A stretch of 63,831 bases of DNA, filler included, from Octopus bimaculoides (taxonomy: Eukaryota): assembly GCF_001194135.2 (NCBI RefSeq). It is 7 parts of 7 records of this genome, joined end to end, with 100 filler letters (N's around TTAATTAATTAA, not from the genome) between each part and the next. Parts side by side here need not be neighbours in the genome. Positions count along the whole stretch, not along the records: positions 1 to 9,274 come from NC_068987.1; positions 9,375 to 14,500 come from NC_068988.1; 5 more parts are not named here. The stretch is one strand, 5' to 3'. Positions 1-12,270 of this stretch are shown here, piece after piece (position 1 is the first letter of the stretch; every line of letters begins with the position of its first letter). The notes under the pieces are model-generated. The model made no database searches. It had not been told where the DNA came from and worked only from the letters and a program-made list of their open reading frames with translations. Both the position numbers and the translations under genes were made by a program.

Positions 1-1757
1 ACATGTAATATGTACACATATATACATATATATACATACACACAGATATCTATACATATATACACCCATCACACACATACACATGGACACAAACACACAC
101 ATTAGTCATTTGTTTTCTTATCCAAAACAACGTCAACAGTACTGAATGGATCTTTATGAAGTTTGGAAATTACATTCTATGCATAACGGCCATAACTCCC
201 ATGAAAATTCATATATTTTTGATGTTGATGAAATTTTAACCCGAACATAACAGATGAGCATTATTTGTAATTCAACGGTACAACAGTGTAAGACTACCCT
301 TTCAGATATACTTACATTGTGATTTCTGCAATGTGGTGCATAGATTGTCAAGTAAATGAGACGCATCTTTGCCTCCACTGATTCACTTGCAAAGTATTGA
401 GTAAAATTATTTCGTTGCAGACCTCCTTTGAGTCTTTTTATTATCACTGCGACACGCATAGTCTCCAGTTGGTAACATTGATTTCAAGGCCTTCCCAGAT
501 GAGAGACTGGTTATTCTAANNNNNNNNNNNNNNNNNNNNNNNNNNNNNNNNNNNNNNNNNNNNNNNNNNNNNNNNNNNNNNNNNNNNNNNNNNNNNNNNN
601 NNNNNNNNNNNNNNNNNNNNNNNNNNNNNNNNNNNNNNNNNNNNNNNNNNNNNNNNNNNNNNNNNNNNNNNNNNNNNNNNNNNNNNNNNNNNNNNNNNNN
701 NNNNNNNNNNNNNNNNNNNNNNNNNNNNNNNNNNNNNNNNNNNNNNNNNNNNNNNNNNNNNNNNNNNNNNNNNNNNNNNNNNNNNNNNNNNNNNNNNNNN
801 NNNNNNNNNNNNNNNNNNNNNNNNNNNNNNNNNNNNNNNNNNNNNNNNNNNNNNNNNNNNNNNNNNNNNNNNNNNNNNNNNNNNNNNNNNNNNNNNNNNN
901 NNNNNNNNNNNNNNNNNNNNNNNNNNNNNNNNNNNNNNNNNNNNNNNNNNNNNNNNNNNNNNNNNNNNNNNNNNNNNNNNNNNNNNNNNNNNNNNNNNNN
1001 NNNNNNNNNNNNNNNNNNNNNNNNNNNNNNNNNNNNNNNNNNNNNNNNNNNNNNNNNNNNNNNNNNNNNNNNNNNNNNNNNNNNNNNNNNNNNNNNNNNN
1101 NNNNNNNNNNNNNNNNNNNNNNNNNNNNNNNNNNNNNNNNNNNNNNNNNNNNNNNNNNNNNNNNNNNNNNNNNNNNNNNNNNNNNNNNNNNNNNNNNNNN
1201 NNNNNNNNNNNNNNNNNNNNNNNNNNNNNNNNNNNNNNNNNNNNNNNNNNNNNNNNNNNNNNNNNNNNNNNNNNNNNNNNNNNNNNNNNNNNNNNNNNNN
1301 NNNNNNNNNNNNNNNNNNNNNNNNNNNNNNNNNNNNNNNNNNNNNNNNNNNNNNNNNNNNNNNNNNNNNNNNNACAGATGACATCATTTGGAACCACAAG
1401 AGATTTAACCGTGGCAGCATTCATCCAAACTTTCAAGATCCAACCTCAGATTTATCATCGCATTGTCTCTCTACTACCTCTGTCAAATGAATCACCAAAA
1501 TTAGCCTTTCATTATTTATAATCTGTACCTGTTTGTTTGGTTACGAAATAAGATACACAAAAACGTGTTTCTGAATTACGTGTATTTACTTTATATACAT
1601 ATGAGTTGAAAACTTTCTTCTAGCATTCCACTTAATATCTATGTTCCATGCTGGCATGGATTGGAGAGTTATTAATGTAGAAATATGGTATCGTAGCTAC
1701 TAATAGTTGAGGGTTGCGTAGTCTAGACGGCGTTTTTAGATTTCATCATTCTCTTTA

Positions 1758-1786
1758 ACCCGGGCAACGCCGGGTGTTTCTGCTAG
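1758..1786 (+). mobile_element. Helitron 3' terminus
   Basis: Hairpin ACCCGG-gcaacg-CCGGGT (1758-1775), 7 nt spacer, CTAG (1783-1786) followed by T; 5' end not identified. Confidence 0.7.
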
Positions 1787-2019
1787 TATACATATATATC
1801 TTTTCATAAAAGTTCCAATTCACGTTAAAGTTAAAATTAATACGACTAAAAATTCAAATATATAATATAGATCGATATAAAATAAATTTTAAAAAATGAG
1901 GTAAAACAAAATAGTCTATCGGTTAAAAATTTTAAATGATTTAACATTATTAGAGTTAAAATATAAAGTTCTATACTTACCTCGGATATAATTTATAATT
2001 TAAAACAGTAGGCAACAAC

Positions 2020-2270
2020 AGGTAAATCCGTATCAAGTTTAGAATACACAAGAGATCACAAAAACACGGGTCAAAGGTGAATACACGCACCCAGCAGGTA
2101 TCAGCATGTAAAATCGATTTCTGCTCACCATGTCCAAAAGTTCACAAAACACATGGTTCAAAAGACAAATACAGCATCCAGCAGGTATCAATCGGTAAAA
2201 TCAATTTCAACCACCATTTATAAGAGTTTACAAAAAACATGGGTCAAAAAACATATACAGTACCTATGGC
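2020..2270. repeat. Degenerate ~86-bp tandem repeat (about 3 units) at the 3' end of a Penelope-like element
   Basis: Recurring aaaacac(a/g)gg(g/t)tcaaa at ~2061, ~2148, ~2233 and cagcaggtatca...gtaaaatc(g/a)atttc in consecutive units. Confidence 0.6.
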
Positions 2271-2573
2271 CATTTCGCGGGTACACCACTGTATTCTAAA
2301 CACAATAGAGTCCAAAGTGGTGATGACCACCTCGACTGGGTAAAATTACACATAAATGTCAAAACATAAAAAGAAAAAACTATTTTTTTATATAAGAGCA
2401 AGTTTATATAGTCAATATGGTCCAGCCCTAGACAAGCCTATGCAAATAATGGAAGAAAAAAATAGTGGAAGAAAAAAAAATAAAAGCTATTTTAGTATAG
2501 TTAAACAAGCTGCAGTATCTAACTCAATCTTCCAGGTTTCAAATCTCCCTAGCGTAAACTATTATACTTGTTA

Positions 2574-2909
2574 CTATCTATTGTATTTATATTTATTTTT
2601 ATTTCTATAAAGTTTCAAGAAGGTGGAGGAAAACTGATGGTTGCAGAAGGGGCTTACTTCAGTGAACTTATTTAAGGTTTTTGGTCCAAAAGACCTGAGT
2701 ATCGCAAGGGATTCACCAATACACAATGAACATTTACTTATATTTGCCTTAAAGTAGGGAGCTCCCGATATAATCGACCATTCAAGAGAGTACTTTATAT
2801 TCTTCTTCTTGAGGTCATGCAAATAAGAGGCGAGTGTAGTAGAGTTACAGTATTTTTCATTTGAAATCGAACTCATATGTGCTCTATATCTAGCCTTATA
2901 TATAATCAT
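2574..2909 (-). pseudogene. Penelope-like element GIY-YIG endonuclease C-terminal region
   Basis: YKARYRAHMSS...NSTTLASYLHDLKKKNIKYSLEWSII...CSLCIGE...LNKFTEVSPFCNH matches the PLE GIY-YIG tail pattern (FKxRYxNH..S, T.LS.Y.W.LK, C.LC..EK, LNKR.E...C.H). Confidence 0.78.
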
Positions 2910-2999
2910 TCACAGTGTGTGGTATATGTACGATGTTTGAGTGCATACATGTCTATACCTGGTGCCTGCATTGAATGTGTGATATGCATTTACCGACAG

Positions 3000-5100
3000 T
3001 CACACATGCTTATTCACGTACAAACAAACTTGCACGCACATATGCTTACGGAAAACAATATATACATATAGAGATACATGCCTTACTGAAACAATTCTTG
3101 GATACACACATATTTCTAAGCTCTTCATAAACATGATTTCCTTGTCACTCTTTCTCTCTTTCACACATATTTTTGATATATATATAAGCGTGTGCTCAAA
3201 ATATTTTGCAGTCAGTTTTAACGGACTGCTTCGCACTTGTTGCTAAATTTTCTCTAGTTCTCTTTTAACACAACTATAAATTTTTCAGCTTTGAAATGAT
3301 TGTTTTATATCAAAGATATTGAGTTAGTTACTCATTATTAATCTTGACCCCCAAAAACATTGTATACATGTATATACACATTCCTGTTTCATGTTTATTC
3401 TTGATCGCCAGAGTCAGCATGATCGAATATTTCTTGCCAGCGTACGTTATTCTCCAGTTTACTTCAGCATTTTGTTCCATTAAAATCATTTTGTGATAAC
3501 TGGAGAGCAATGACATGGTCGTGTGTCACAATAAAATCTAATTTGGATTCACTTTTGGGTTTTGTGTTCATTAGTAAGTGTTTAGTGTTGAGTGCTGTCT
3601 ATATTAAATTCTGCCTTGTTCAACTTTTCTGTATATTGCCCAAAGATAAATGATATTTGATTGTTTTCTCATAGCATATACATTTGTGCCCACTCTAATT
3701 TACCATGATGGATAAGGTGTGAAAAGGAGAATAGTGAAATAGTGTTTCTCATAAGAATTATTTCCTGTTAATAAAGATAAAATTCGTTTTCATAATTTAG
3801 TTTAAATGGCAAAACGTCTAGAAGTGCGTGTTTCACACTTATTTTACTACCAAATGGGACGGAGTGGCAGAAAATTAGTTCTGGAAAACTGTTTTATCGT
3901 TTACGTTATTTGTTTCAGTTCATTGAGTTAAAATCCTGCTGGGGTTAACTTTGTCTTCCAGCCCTCCGGGTCGATAAAATAATCTATAAGTCACGAACGT
4001 AGATCGATGAAATCGATTGACCCCTCCCCTCAAAATTGCTGGTAATTTTCCAGGATTGTAAAGAACATTTAATTCACCTTGACGTACATATTAACCTTCG
4101 CAAGATATCATTTTCCTCAGAAAGACACACTGTGAGAAAATCACATCACGACATACTTTACTTCTCGCATTTGTATAATTTTGTGGATTAAGTTAATCCC
4201 TGCAGTATGATATTCGCAGATTTCAACAATTCTTTCAGGAAATTCTTAAATATTTGGTAGTTTACTGCTCTTCGGCATAACAGTTTTTCAGTTCTTGTAG
4301 TGGCTTGCTTATTTCTTGATATGATAGGTTTCTCATGACGGTTTATGTATAACATGATGGTACCTGTTTTCATGTGTAAAATAATTCTATCTCTCTTGCC
4401 AGTGACCTGCATTTATTTCTATGTATTTTAACTGGAAAGAAAATCGTTTTAAGCGTGTGTCAAGCTATTTGCTTTCCTCATCGAATCATTCCTGTTTTTT
4501 TATTTTATTTGCGATTTACCTGGAATCTCCTTGATTGGGATATTCTTTGATTTCGGCTAATACAAATTTGTTTTGTATTTTCCTGAAATAGTTGTCGCAT
4601 TTAGTTAGGCTTCACATTTGACTTTTGTTCACTGATTTCATTTAGAACTGCAATATATTTTCAGTTATTGATTTCTACATTTCTACATGCTTGCTTCTTT
4701 CATCATTGTTTGCCTTGATATGATGTTCCAATACAAATAGATCTCCAGGTGTCTTTTCCTTCCGTTTTGACTTCACTGATTATTTCATATAAGCACTCAT
4801 TTTTTCTTGTAGCTATTTTACTCTTTACCTTCTCGGTAAGAGGTTAACTCGTGTGGTTAAAGGAAGATCTGCTATCGACTTTTATTCTTTAATTATTTCT
4901 GCATTCAGATTATCCTCATATTCATATCATTCAATTCTTAACTTTTTCCTGAACTCCTTTTCATTCATATTTTAAGTGTTTTGACCTGCTTCAGCCACAG
5001 TTTGACTGTAATTTGTAGGTGTATAAATGTTCGATTTTAGTGTGTATTTGGTTATATTATTTTGCTTGATTTGAATCCGCTGGAAGAAATCTCGTGTTTA
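3000..5100 (-). mobile_element. Highly decayed Penelope-like reverse transcriptase/linker, same element as 2574-2909
   Basis: Stop-riddled minus-strand remnants KFVLAEIKEYPNQ (~4530-4570, like RT F..DI..FYP), CDFLTVCL (~4125-4148, like VDFLDVT) and LKLTAKYFEHTLIYISKI (~3170-3225), in the expected order upstream of the GIY-YIG. Confidence 0.45.
3885..4065 (+). mobile_element. Decayed tRNA-headed SINE inserted in the PLE
   Basis: gtggcagaaa...ttgagttaaaatcctgctggggttaactttgtcttccagccctccgggtcgataaaat resembles the SINE family at 13610 and 42350. Confidence 0.5.
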
Positions 5101-6039
5101 TGATGTCATTGATTTCAAATGAATATATTGTTAGTTTCACCTTTTTTTACATTTTATTTTCTTTAAATACTATTTCTTTCAAGATCTCTAATACTATCAA
5201 TCAACTGGGATTTTCAAACTACTTTAGTCGGCATTCACGACCTCTTCAATCACACAGAGTAGAGAGAGCATGTCCTTGATGATGTTACGAATGGCAACAA
5301 GACGTTTCTAATTGTATGTTTAATAACATCTTACTTCATGTTTTCTTTCAAACCATTATGCTTCATTTCCAGATAATATATATAGACATTTCAGAATTTT
5401 CTTATCTTGGTAGTGCTTCTAAAAATGTGTTTGTAATATAGGAAAAAAAACTATTGCTAATATAACACATTATACCTGTCTTGTCTGATATTCGCGATTT
5501 TTTTTATCTTTTTTCAGATCAGAGAAGATGGCCCCTATGAATATTTCTTGTTGTGGTACTGCAGGTCGGGAAGAAGGATTTTGTGACCCTGGTAACTGGG
5601 AACTGCACCCAAATGTTTAATAGCAATAAAAGTCTGAATTTGATTTTAGTTAGCCAAAGTCACAAGTGCGTACTGTTTTCTGTGTTTCAGAATATGTATT
5701 TCCATTGTTCAGATATTTTATACATCATATTTAAATTATGCTTTTCTTGTATAACCACGATCTAATAATACAAATTTAAGTTGCATTGATTATTGTTCTC
5801 TGAGTGTGTTGAATATGTCGAGAGTTGAATTGACTTGGATTTCAATGCGGTTTTTTTCACGCAATATATAACAGGTTATTATATGGATATTTTACGAACG
5901 TTAATGATATGAGGCAATACGCAATGTGGAAAGTTAGGAATCCTACAAGAGATAGGTAATACGTTTGCGTTTGTTCTCGGCATTCAACTATATTTATCGG
6001 AGTAGTGAAATCATTACCATCATTATCATTAAGGGAGAG

Positions 6040-6460
6040 AGCAGCGCATGCCATTCAAGTGACACTATCGTACAAATATACGAAGCCCAATATACCCATC
6101 ATGACTACCCGTCTGATAAGAATAAACCAGGCACATATAGGAGCGCGATATAATATCTGCTTTCAAGATAAACAGCACCTAAACTTGCAGGACGGACTCA
6201 AAATTTTCTTCACGTAGAATACCGTATCCTCCTCAAAAGGTCCTTGAATAAGGGTTATTTACGCATAATGAGTGAAACACTTATGTTTCCCGAAGCAAAT
6301 TGTTCAAACCTCAAATAATTCCTCTCAACGCATGGCTATAATGCTCCGCAAATACCACTGCTCGTGATCAGGGATGCACATATCGTCAGCTACTAAAGGA
6401 CAAGCTTGACTGGTTAAGGTGAAGCAAATAGCAAACAAATCTGTGGTATTGAGCAGAAAA
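6040..6460 (+). repeat. Unclassified interspersed repeat family X
   Basis: Shared core cccatcatgactacccgtctgataag...caagataaacagc with copies at 42985-43212 and 45664-46075. Confidence 0.8.
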
Positions 6461-6499
6461 GAAAGTAATAGAAAAAGAGCTAAAATTCATACCGGCAAT

Positions 6500-7800
6500 T
6501 CTCAATACGTATGACGTGGCATCTTTTGTTCTTCCTGCATTGATGGTAAGCTAGGGATCATCTTCAAATGTTTTTCAGTTCCCTTTTTTATCATTCCAAG
6601 TACTCCTACAGTCACTGGTATTGTAACTGTCTTGAGATGATACATGTTTAAAAAATTCAATCAGCAAATTTTATATTTTCTGAGCTTAAATTCTTTCACC
6701 GATATATTATGATCAGATGGCATGTTCATATCAATCAATAAACAGATTTTATTGTTTTGGTCTTTCACAATAATATACGGTCTATTAGCTTTGATGGTTC
6801 GATCTGTATGTACTTGAAAGTCCCAAAGAACCGTTATATTTTCTCCCTCAGTTACAGCTTCAGGGCTTGTACAATTTGTTAGCTGTTTTGATTTTATAAT
6901 GACAACATATTAACTTGTGTATATATTGGCCAACTCTGTCATGTCTTCATTTATACTCTGTAGGTGCTAAAACTTTACACCCAGACATTAAGTGGTCTAC
7001 AGTTTCAACTTAATTGTTGCAGTATCAGCACTTTAGGTCTCCTCCGGGTTTCATCACATTAGCATGGTAGGCACAGGAAAATAAGCTCTGATCGTAAGCA
7101 GCTAAGATAAAGCCTTCACTCTCGGCCCTTAGCCCTGAACTCCGTAGCCACTGATAGGTGTATTTCTGGCCTACATCAGCTTTTTTGCTACGGGCCACAT
7201 ATCCGTCATATAGAGATGTTGTTCCTACCTATCAGTCAATTGTTCAAACGCTTTTTTCGTTGTCATTCAAACGCAATTTTCTTTGCAACAACGGTTGTCG
7301 CGCTTCCATTATGCTGTTCAAACATGGTATTATGCACGAACTCAATAACAAATTCTTTGTTCTTCGTCATGACAGAATGAAGTTTCTTACGTCTCTCTTG
7401 GTTTCCAACGAGTTTTAGCATCCGGTCGTTAGATCTTTCTAGATGTTTGACCAGTCAAATTGTGATAGTTTTGTAAGAGATTAAGCGTCGACCTCCTCGA
7501 GCTCTGAGAAGGTCAAGGCGATCCGTGTCTGCCTTCCGCTGTTGCATCTTATTGGAAGTTAGCAGCTTATGGATTTTCCTGTCCGCTGATATTTCAGTTC
7601 AACACATTGAAACTATAAATAACAACTGGAACTGCTAAGGAATTTATGGCTAACACCTAGTTGCGTGCATTTAACTCAGATTTCAGGACTGCTCGAACAC
7701 TCCTGTAAAATTCCTTCCTTATTTCTTTTACGCTTGCATGCTGAATGCCAGAGCCATCATTTATTCCGAGGTATTTGTAAGTTTGTTTCTGTTCGAGTTC
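6500..7800 (-). mobile_element. R4/Dong-type non-LTR retrotransposon (RT C-terminus + CCHC + restriction-like endonuclease), 5'-truncated, decayed
   Basis: QTYKYLGIND, WLRSSGLRAESEGFILAAYDQSL, KC*YCNN*VETVDHLMSGCKVLAP...RHDRVG, LWDFQVHTDRTIKANRPYIIVKD...CLLID. Confidence 0.85.
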
Positions 7801-7802
7801 TT

Positions 7803-8340
7803 TTATAACTGTATCAACATCTCACACCACTGAGTCTTTGTATTTTGCTTGTCATCTGTTGATATTGATACATCGATTAGAGCGCATTTTTTTTCTTGAT
7901 GATCTCTGACAACGATATCCGACACATTGACCTTAAATTCTGTATCTGTGTGAATTGGCATATCCCATAGTATGGTTGCTTTCTCATTTTCTGTGATCTT
8001 TTCTGGTGTGTGCCTATACCATCTTTTTTCTATTGTTATTCCATAGTAATGGCATACCTTCCACTGTATATACATCCCAGCTTTGTCGTATTTGTGAATA
8101 TATTCCTTCTTAGCCAGGACTGGGCAACCAGAGACAATATTGTTTATTTTTTCTTGTCCATCTACACATATTCTGCAGTTATGTGTTATGTCTGTGTTCA
8201 TTGTATGTTTTTTTTGTAATTTCTGGTGTGTAGGCTTTGGTCTTGTGCTGCAATTAAACATTCTTCATTATTTGCTTTGTGTCCTGAGCTTCTCAACCAT
8301 TGTTGGAATTTTGTTTTGTCTACTTCTTTTGCGTTTAGTT
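7803..8340 (-). mobile_element. Second R4/Dong-type fragment abutting the first
   Basis: ORF 7803-8261: CRICVDGQEKINNIVSGCPVLAKKEY...ILWDMPIHTD...DIVVRDHQEKKCALID. Confidence 0.82.
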
Positions 8341-8384
8341 TAATCCACTATCATCATTTAATATCATTATTATTATTATTACAG

Positions 8385-8979
8385 TGAGACGTGAATCCTC
8401 TACTCTACACAGGAGCAGCGTCTCAACGTCTTTCCTCTTCGTAATTTAAGACGCTTCTTGGATATCAAGTGGACCGAGCAAATCACCAAAACCGAAGTCC
8501 TCAACCGAGCCAAGAGACCCAGCATACACATCTTGCCCCAGCAGCGTCGTTTGCGTTGGCTCAGTCAGGTTCATTGCGTGCCAGACAGAAGGATCCCCAA
8601 AGCCCTCCTGTATGGGGAACTGGCTACCGGCACAAGAGCACCGAGGACAATCTCATCTTCGTTTCAAAGATGTCTGTACGAGAGATATGAAGTCGCTTGA
8701 TCCGGACTTCCTGAGATATGAGGAGGTTACAAATGATCACCCAGAATGGAGGTGCGAAAGGGAATTAAAAGAGCAAAAGAAAAACAAGTACTCACCATCA
8801 AAGAAAAACGCACTCGATGGAAGGGAAAAATCATTAACACCGGAAGAGAACTCCTTCAAATGCAGTCTCTGTGTAACTTCCGTGTGGGCTTGTGCAGCCA
8901 CAACTGACCATACAGCAACATCAGCTGAAACGATTTATTTGCAGGCAGATCTAAGGCCTCCTGAGACCGACGGATGCCA

Positions 8980-9010
<31 letters not shown>
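8385..9010 (+). mobile_element. RTE/BovB-like LINE 3' fragment with (CTA)n tail
   Basis: DIKWTEQITKTEVLNRAKRPSIH...RRLRWL...RIPKALLYGEL...HLRFKDVCTRDMK; ends in (cta)n. Confidence 0.85.
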
Positions 9011-9014
<4 letters not shown>

Positions 9015-9049
9015 ATTATCATCATCATCATTATTACTATTATTATTAT

Positions 9050-9274
9050 TTTATGTTTGACTTTTGTTTTGCATTTGTACAAGTTGGATCCAAGTCTCAC
9101 CCAGAGACCTCAAGAGACAACAAGTTAGAAGTTCATGTAGGTGTTATGCCTAGGGTACCATATATTTGGATTTGTACAGTTTTGTTCAAGTGAATGTTTA
9201 AGAAACCATAAGAAAATTATGTTTGCTTTAAAATTTGAGATCACATAGACAGTATTTTACGTAGGATATGGGCA
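9050..9274 (+). repeat. Unclassified interspersed repeat family Y
   Basis: ctcaagagacaacaagttagaagttca...aaaatttgagatcacatagacagtattttac matches the reverse complement of 51725-51915. Confidence 0.75.
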
Positions 9275-9714
9275 NNNNNNNNNNNNNNNNNNNNNNNNNN
9301 NNNNNNNNNNNNNNNNNNTTAATTAATTAANNNNNNNNNNNNNNNNNNNNNNNNNNNNNNNNNNNNNNNNNNNNTATATATATATATATATTTGTCCAGA
9401 ATCACGCCTGACACGGAGGAGGAGAGAAAATAGTAATTCAGTGAAGGAGAAGTGGTGAGAATAATAGCCGTGACTGAGAGGGAGTGAGAGAATGTAACAG
9501 CAATGAGAGAAAGGAAGGGGTGATAGAAATACTACAATTAGCCATCACGGCACATGGTCAGCTAGTAACTTATATCGAAGGAAGGGCACCTGTATTGACT
9601 AATGATGTCATTACACAAACATTCAGTTCTCCCTCTTACACTGAATAGTAACAGATCAGATCAGAACATGGCATTCATAAAAATCCTGCCAAGAACAGGA
9701 TACACCATTACATA

Positions 9715-9856
9715 TACTCTTTTACTCTTTTACTTGTTTCAGTCATTTGACTGTGGCCATGCTGGAGCACCACCTTTAGTCGAGCAAATTGACCCCAGGA
9801 CTTATTCTTTGGATGCCTAGTACATATTCTATCGGTCTCTTTTGCCATTGCGCCTC

Positions 9857-9908
<52 letters not shown>

Positions 9909-10130
9909 TACAACAGGCTTCTTTCAGTTTCTGTCTACCAAATCCACTCACAAGGCTTTAGTCAGCCGAAGGCTATAGTAGAAGACACTTGCCCAAGGTG
10001 CCATGCAGTGGGAATGAACCCGGAACCATGTGGTTGGTAAGCAAGCTACTTACCACACAGCCACTTCTGCATCTATACTTACCACACAGCCACTCCTGCG
10101 CCTATACTTACCATTCAGCCACTCCTGCGC
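9715..10130 (-). mobile_element. tRNA-headed SINE with CORE-like ccttgggcaagt domain (octopus OR-like)
   Basis: Minus strand: gtggctgtgtggtaagtagcttgcttaccaaccacatggttccgggttc...caccttgggcaagtgtcttctactatagcc; tail ...gactgaaacaagtaaaagag. Confidence 0.85.
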
Positions 10131-10434
10131 CTATATATTCACTATGAACACAGATACAAGCCAATGAGAGAGCTTTTGCGTGTCTGTCTGACCTGATAGT
10201 ATTAGCAGCCAAATTTCCATCATAACCCACCCAGATATATTTGAAATGAAGAATGGTACAAAGTTGGGTACACTCTGTTTGAAAAAGCAAACCATAAATG
10301 GCATAGTGATGTCTTAAATGTCACATCAAAGTTGTATCCTTAACTGGCTGGAAAACTAAATTAGCCCCTGTTGTCGTCGTTACTATTTATTAGTAAAATG
10401 GACATGAGTATCCCTCATTATACTGATTAGCATA

Positions 10435-10645
10435 CAGTGTGTCCACAAAGTCTGGGTACATGGGATTAACACATACTTTAAGAAATTATTATTTTTTATT
10501 TTTAATTGTTTATGTTATGATTTTATTTATTCCATGTACCCACATGGGGATTAATACATACTTTAAGAAATTATTATTTCTTATATTTAATTGTTTATGT
10601 TATGATTTTATTTACTCCATGTAGTCAGACTTTGTGGACACCCTG
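10435..10645. mobile_element. Tc1/mariner-type MITE with TA TSD and internal ~82-bp tandem duplication
   Basis: TA|CAGTGTGTCCACAAAGTCTGGGTACATGG ... CCATGTAGTCAGACTTTGTGGACACCCTG|TA (29-bp TIR, 3 mismatches). Confidence 0.85.
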
Positions 10646-10666
10646 TATATTTAATATAAAACTTCT

Positions 10667-10903
10667 TATTTCTTTACTGCCCACAAGGGGCTACACACAG
10701 AGGGGACAAACAAGGACAGACAAACGGATTAAGTCAATTATATCGGCCCCACCCCAGTGCGTAACTGGTACTTATTTAATCGATCCCGTAAGGATGAAAG
10801 GCAAAGTCAACCCTGGCGGAATTTGAACTCAGAACGTAAAGACAGACAAAATACCGCTATGCATTTTGCCCAGCGCGCTAACGTTTCTACCAGCTCACAG
10901 CCT
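10667..10903 (-). mobile_element. tRNA-headed SINE (family 2) with 15-bp TSD
   Basis: TSD taatataaaacttct at 10652-10666 and 10911-10925; B-box-like ctgagttcaaattcc on minus strand. Confidence 0.88.
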
Positions 10904-11424
10904 TAATATCTAATATAAAACTTCTATCTGCCTACTTTCCTCTCACTATAGTGTACCATACTTATTCTTCCTTACAGTATTTATCCAACATTGGAATTGC
11001 TAACATCCATTTTCCCTCACCATGGAATCCTATCAAACCATTCTCTCTGTTTTGATTCTCTTTATAGATATTATCAATTTTCTTCATTTGTTCATGAATT
11101 TACCTAATGAACACCTATTTTAATTGGATTTTTAAATGGATTTCACTTCCCTTTCTGAACCACAATATCACCGATGAGGAATATTCTTCCACTGTTACAC
11201 ATGTTTAAACCTATCTCTCTCCAATGATGGAATACTCAGCCTATGGAATCCTCTCTCGATGTGATGTTCCAATAGTTGGAATATTCTAGGAAAACCTTTC
11301 TATTATATAGCTAAATTAAATGTCCTTGTGAGGTTTTGCCAAACTGTTTGTTTTTTCATTTTACTTTAATCTATGTGTGTGTGTCTAGTATGTATGTATG
11401 TGTATATGTATGTATCCATATATA

Positions 11425-11559
11425 TACTTCCAAACCACATGGTATTGAGTCCAGTCCCACTGGACAGCACCTTGGGCAATTATTTTTTTACTATAGTCCC
11501 AGGCCATCCAAAGCCTTATAAGTGGATTTGCTAACCAGAAACTGAAAGAAAGAAACTTG

Positions 11560-11592
<33 letters not shown>

Positions 11593-11650
11593 TACCCTTG
11601 TCTTGACATTAATGGTGATTGCAAATGTGCATCATCGTTATACATGCAAT
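11425..11650 (+). mobile_element. Decayed OR-like SINE
   Basis: ccacatggtattgagtccagtcccactggacagcaccttgggcaa...aaactgaaagaa followed by (GT)n. Confidence 0.7.
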
Positions 11651-11719
11651 CATCACCATCGTCATCATCATCGTCATCATCATCTTCATTATCATCATCC
11701 TCATTATCATCATCATCAT

Positions 11720-12270
11720 CATCATTTAAAGTCCACTTCATACACTGGCACAGGTTGGACGGCTTGACAGGAATTGGTAAGGCAAGGGGACCATACCAGG
11801 TTTCATAGCCTGTTTCAGCTTGGTTTCTACAATTGGCTGCCTTTCCAAATGCTAACCACACCACAGAGTGTACTGGCTGCTTTTTACATGACACCATCAC
11901 CAATGCCTTTTTTGTTGCACCAGAACCAGTGCCTTTTACATGGGAGCAGCACCCACACCAATGCATTTTACATGGCACTTTGGTTTTAGGATCTCAATTC
12001 TGTTGTGGTGGACAGGTTTTCTCAAGTACAGCAACACACCACATATTTCGGTCCTCTGTCATGTCTTTCATAAGATTCAATGTTTTGAGATGGGCCTTCA
12101 ATACATCATCTCGTCTTCCTGAGTCTCCATCTTCCCCAACTTCCTTCCACTTGAAGTGATCAGCACTTCTTTATGCAACTGCCCTCATCCTTGACGAAAT
12201 TAGCACAGTCTCTTGACGAAATTAGCACAGTCTCCTCATCACTTGACGAAATTAGCACAGTCTCCTCTCT
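11720..12270 (-). mobile_element. RTE-type LINE 3' end with (GAT)n tail
   Basis: Minus strand DDVLKAHLKTLNLMKDMTEDRNMWCVAVLEKTCP plus the tail gttagcatttggaaaggcagcca...gactttaaatgatgatg shared with 40489-40943. Confidence 0.7.
12191..12264. repeat. 22-bp unit repeated three times inside the RTE fragment
   Basis: ttgacgaaattagcacagtctc at 12191, 12213, 12243. Confidence 0.9.

Noticed and set aside
154-520. 101-aa minus-strand ORF with a nearby GTAAGT donor
   Set aside because: No recognisable domain; truncated by a gap; cannot be supported.
9319-9330. TTAATTAATTAA islands inside N runs (also 14545, 19122, 26380, 55876, 62317)
   Set aside because: Artificial scaffolding spacer (44 N + 12 nt + 44 N = 100 bp where counted; stops in all six frames); not biological.
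12191-12264. CRISPR-like direct repeats
   Set aside because: Spacers are 0 and 8 nt, DNA is eukaryotic, no cas genes; simple slippage inside an RTE fragment.
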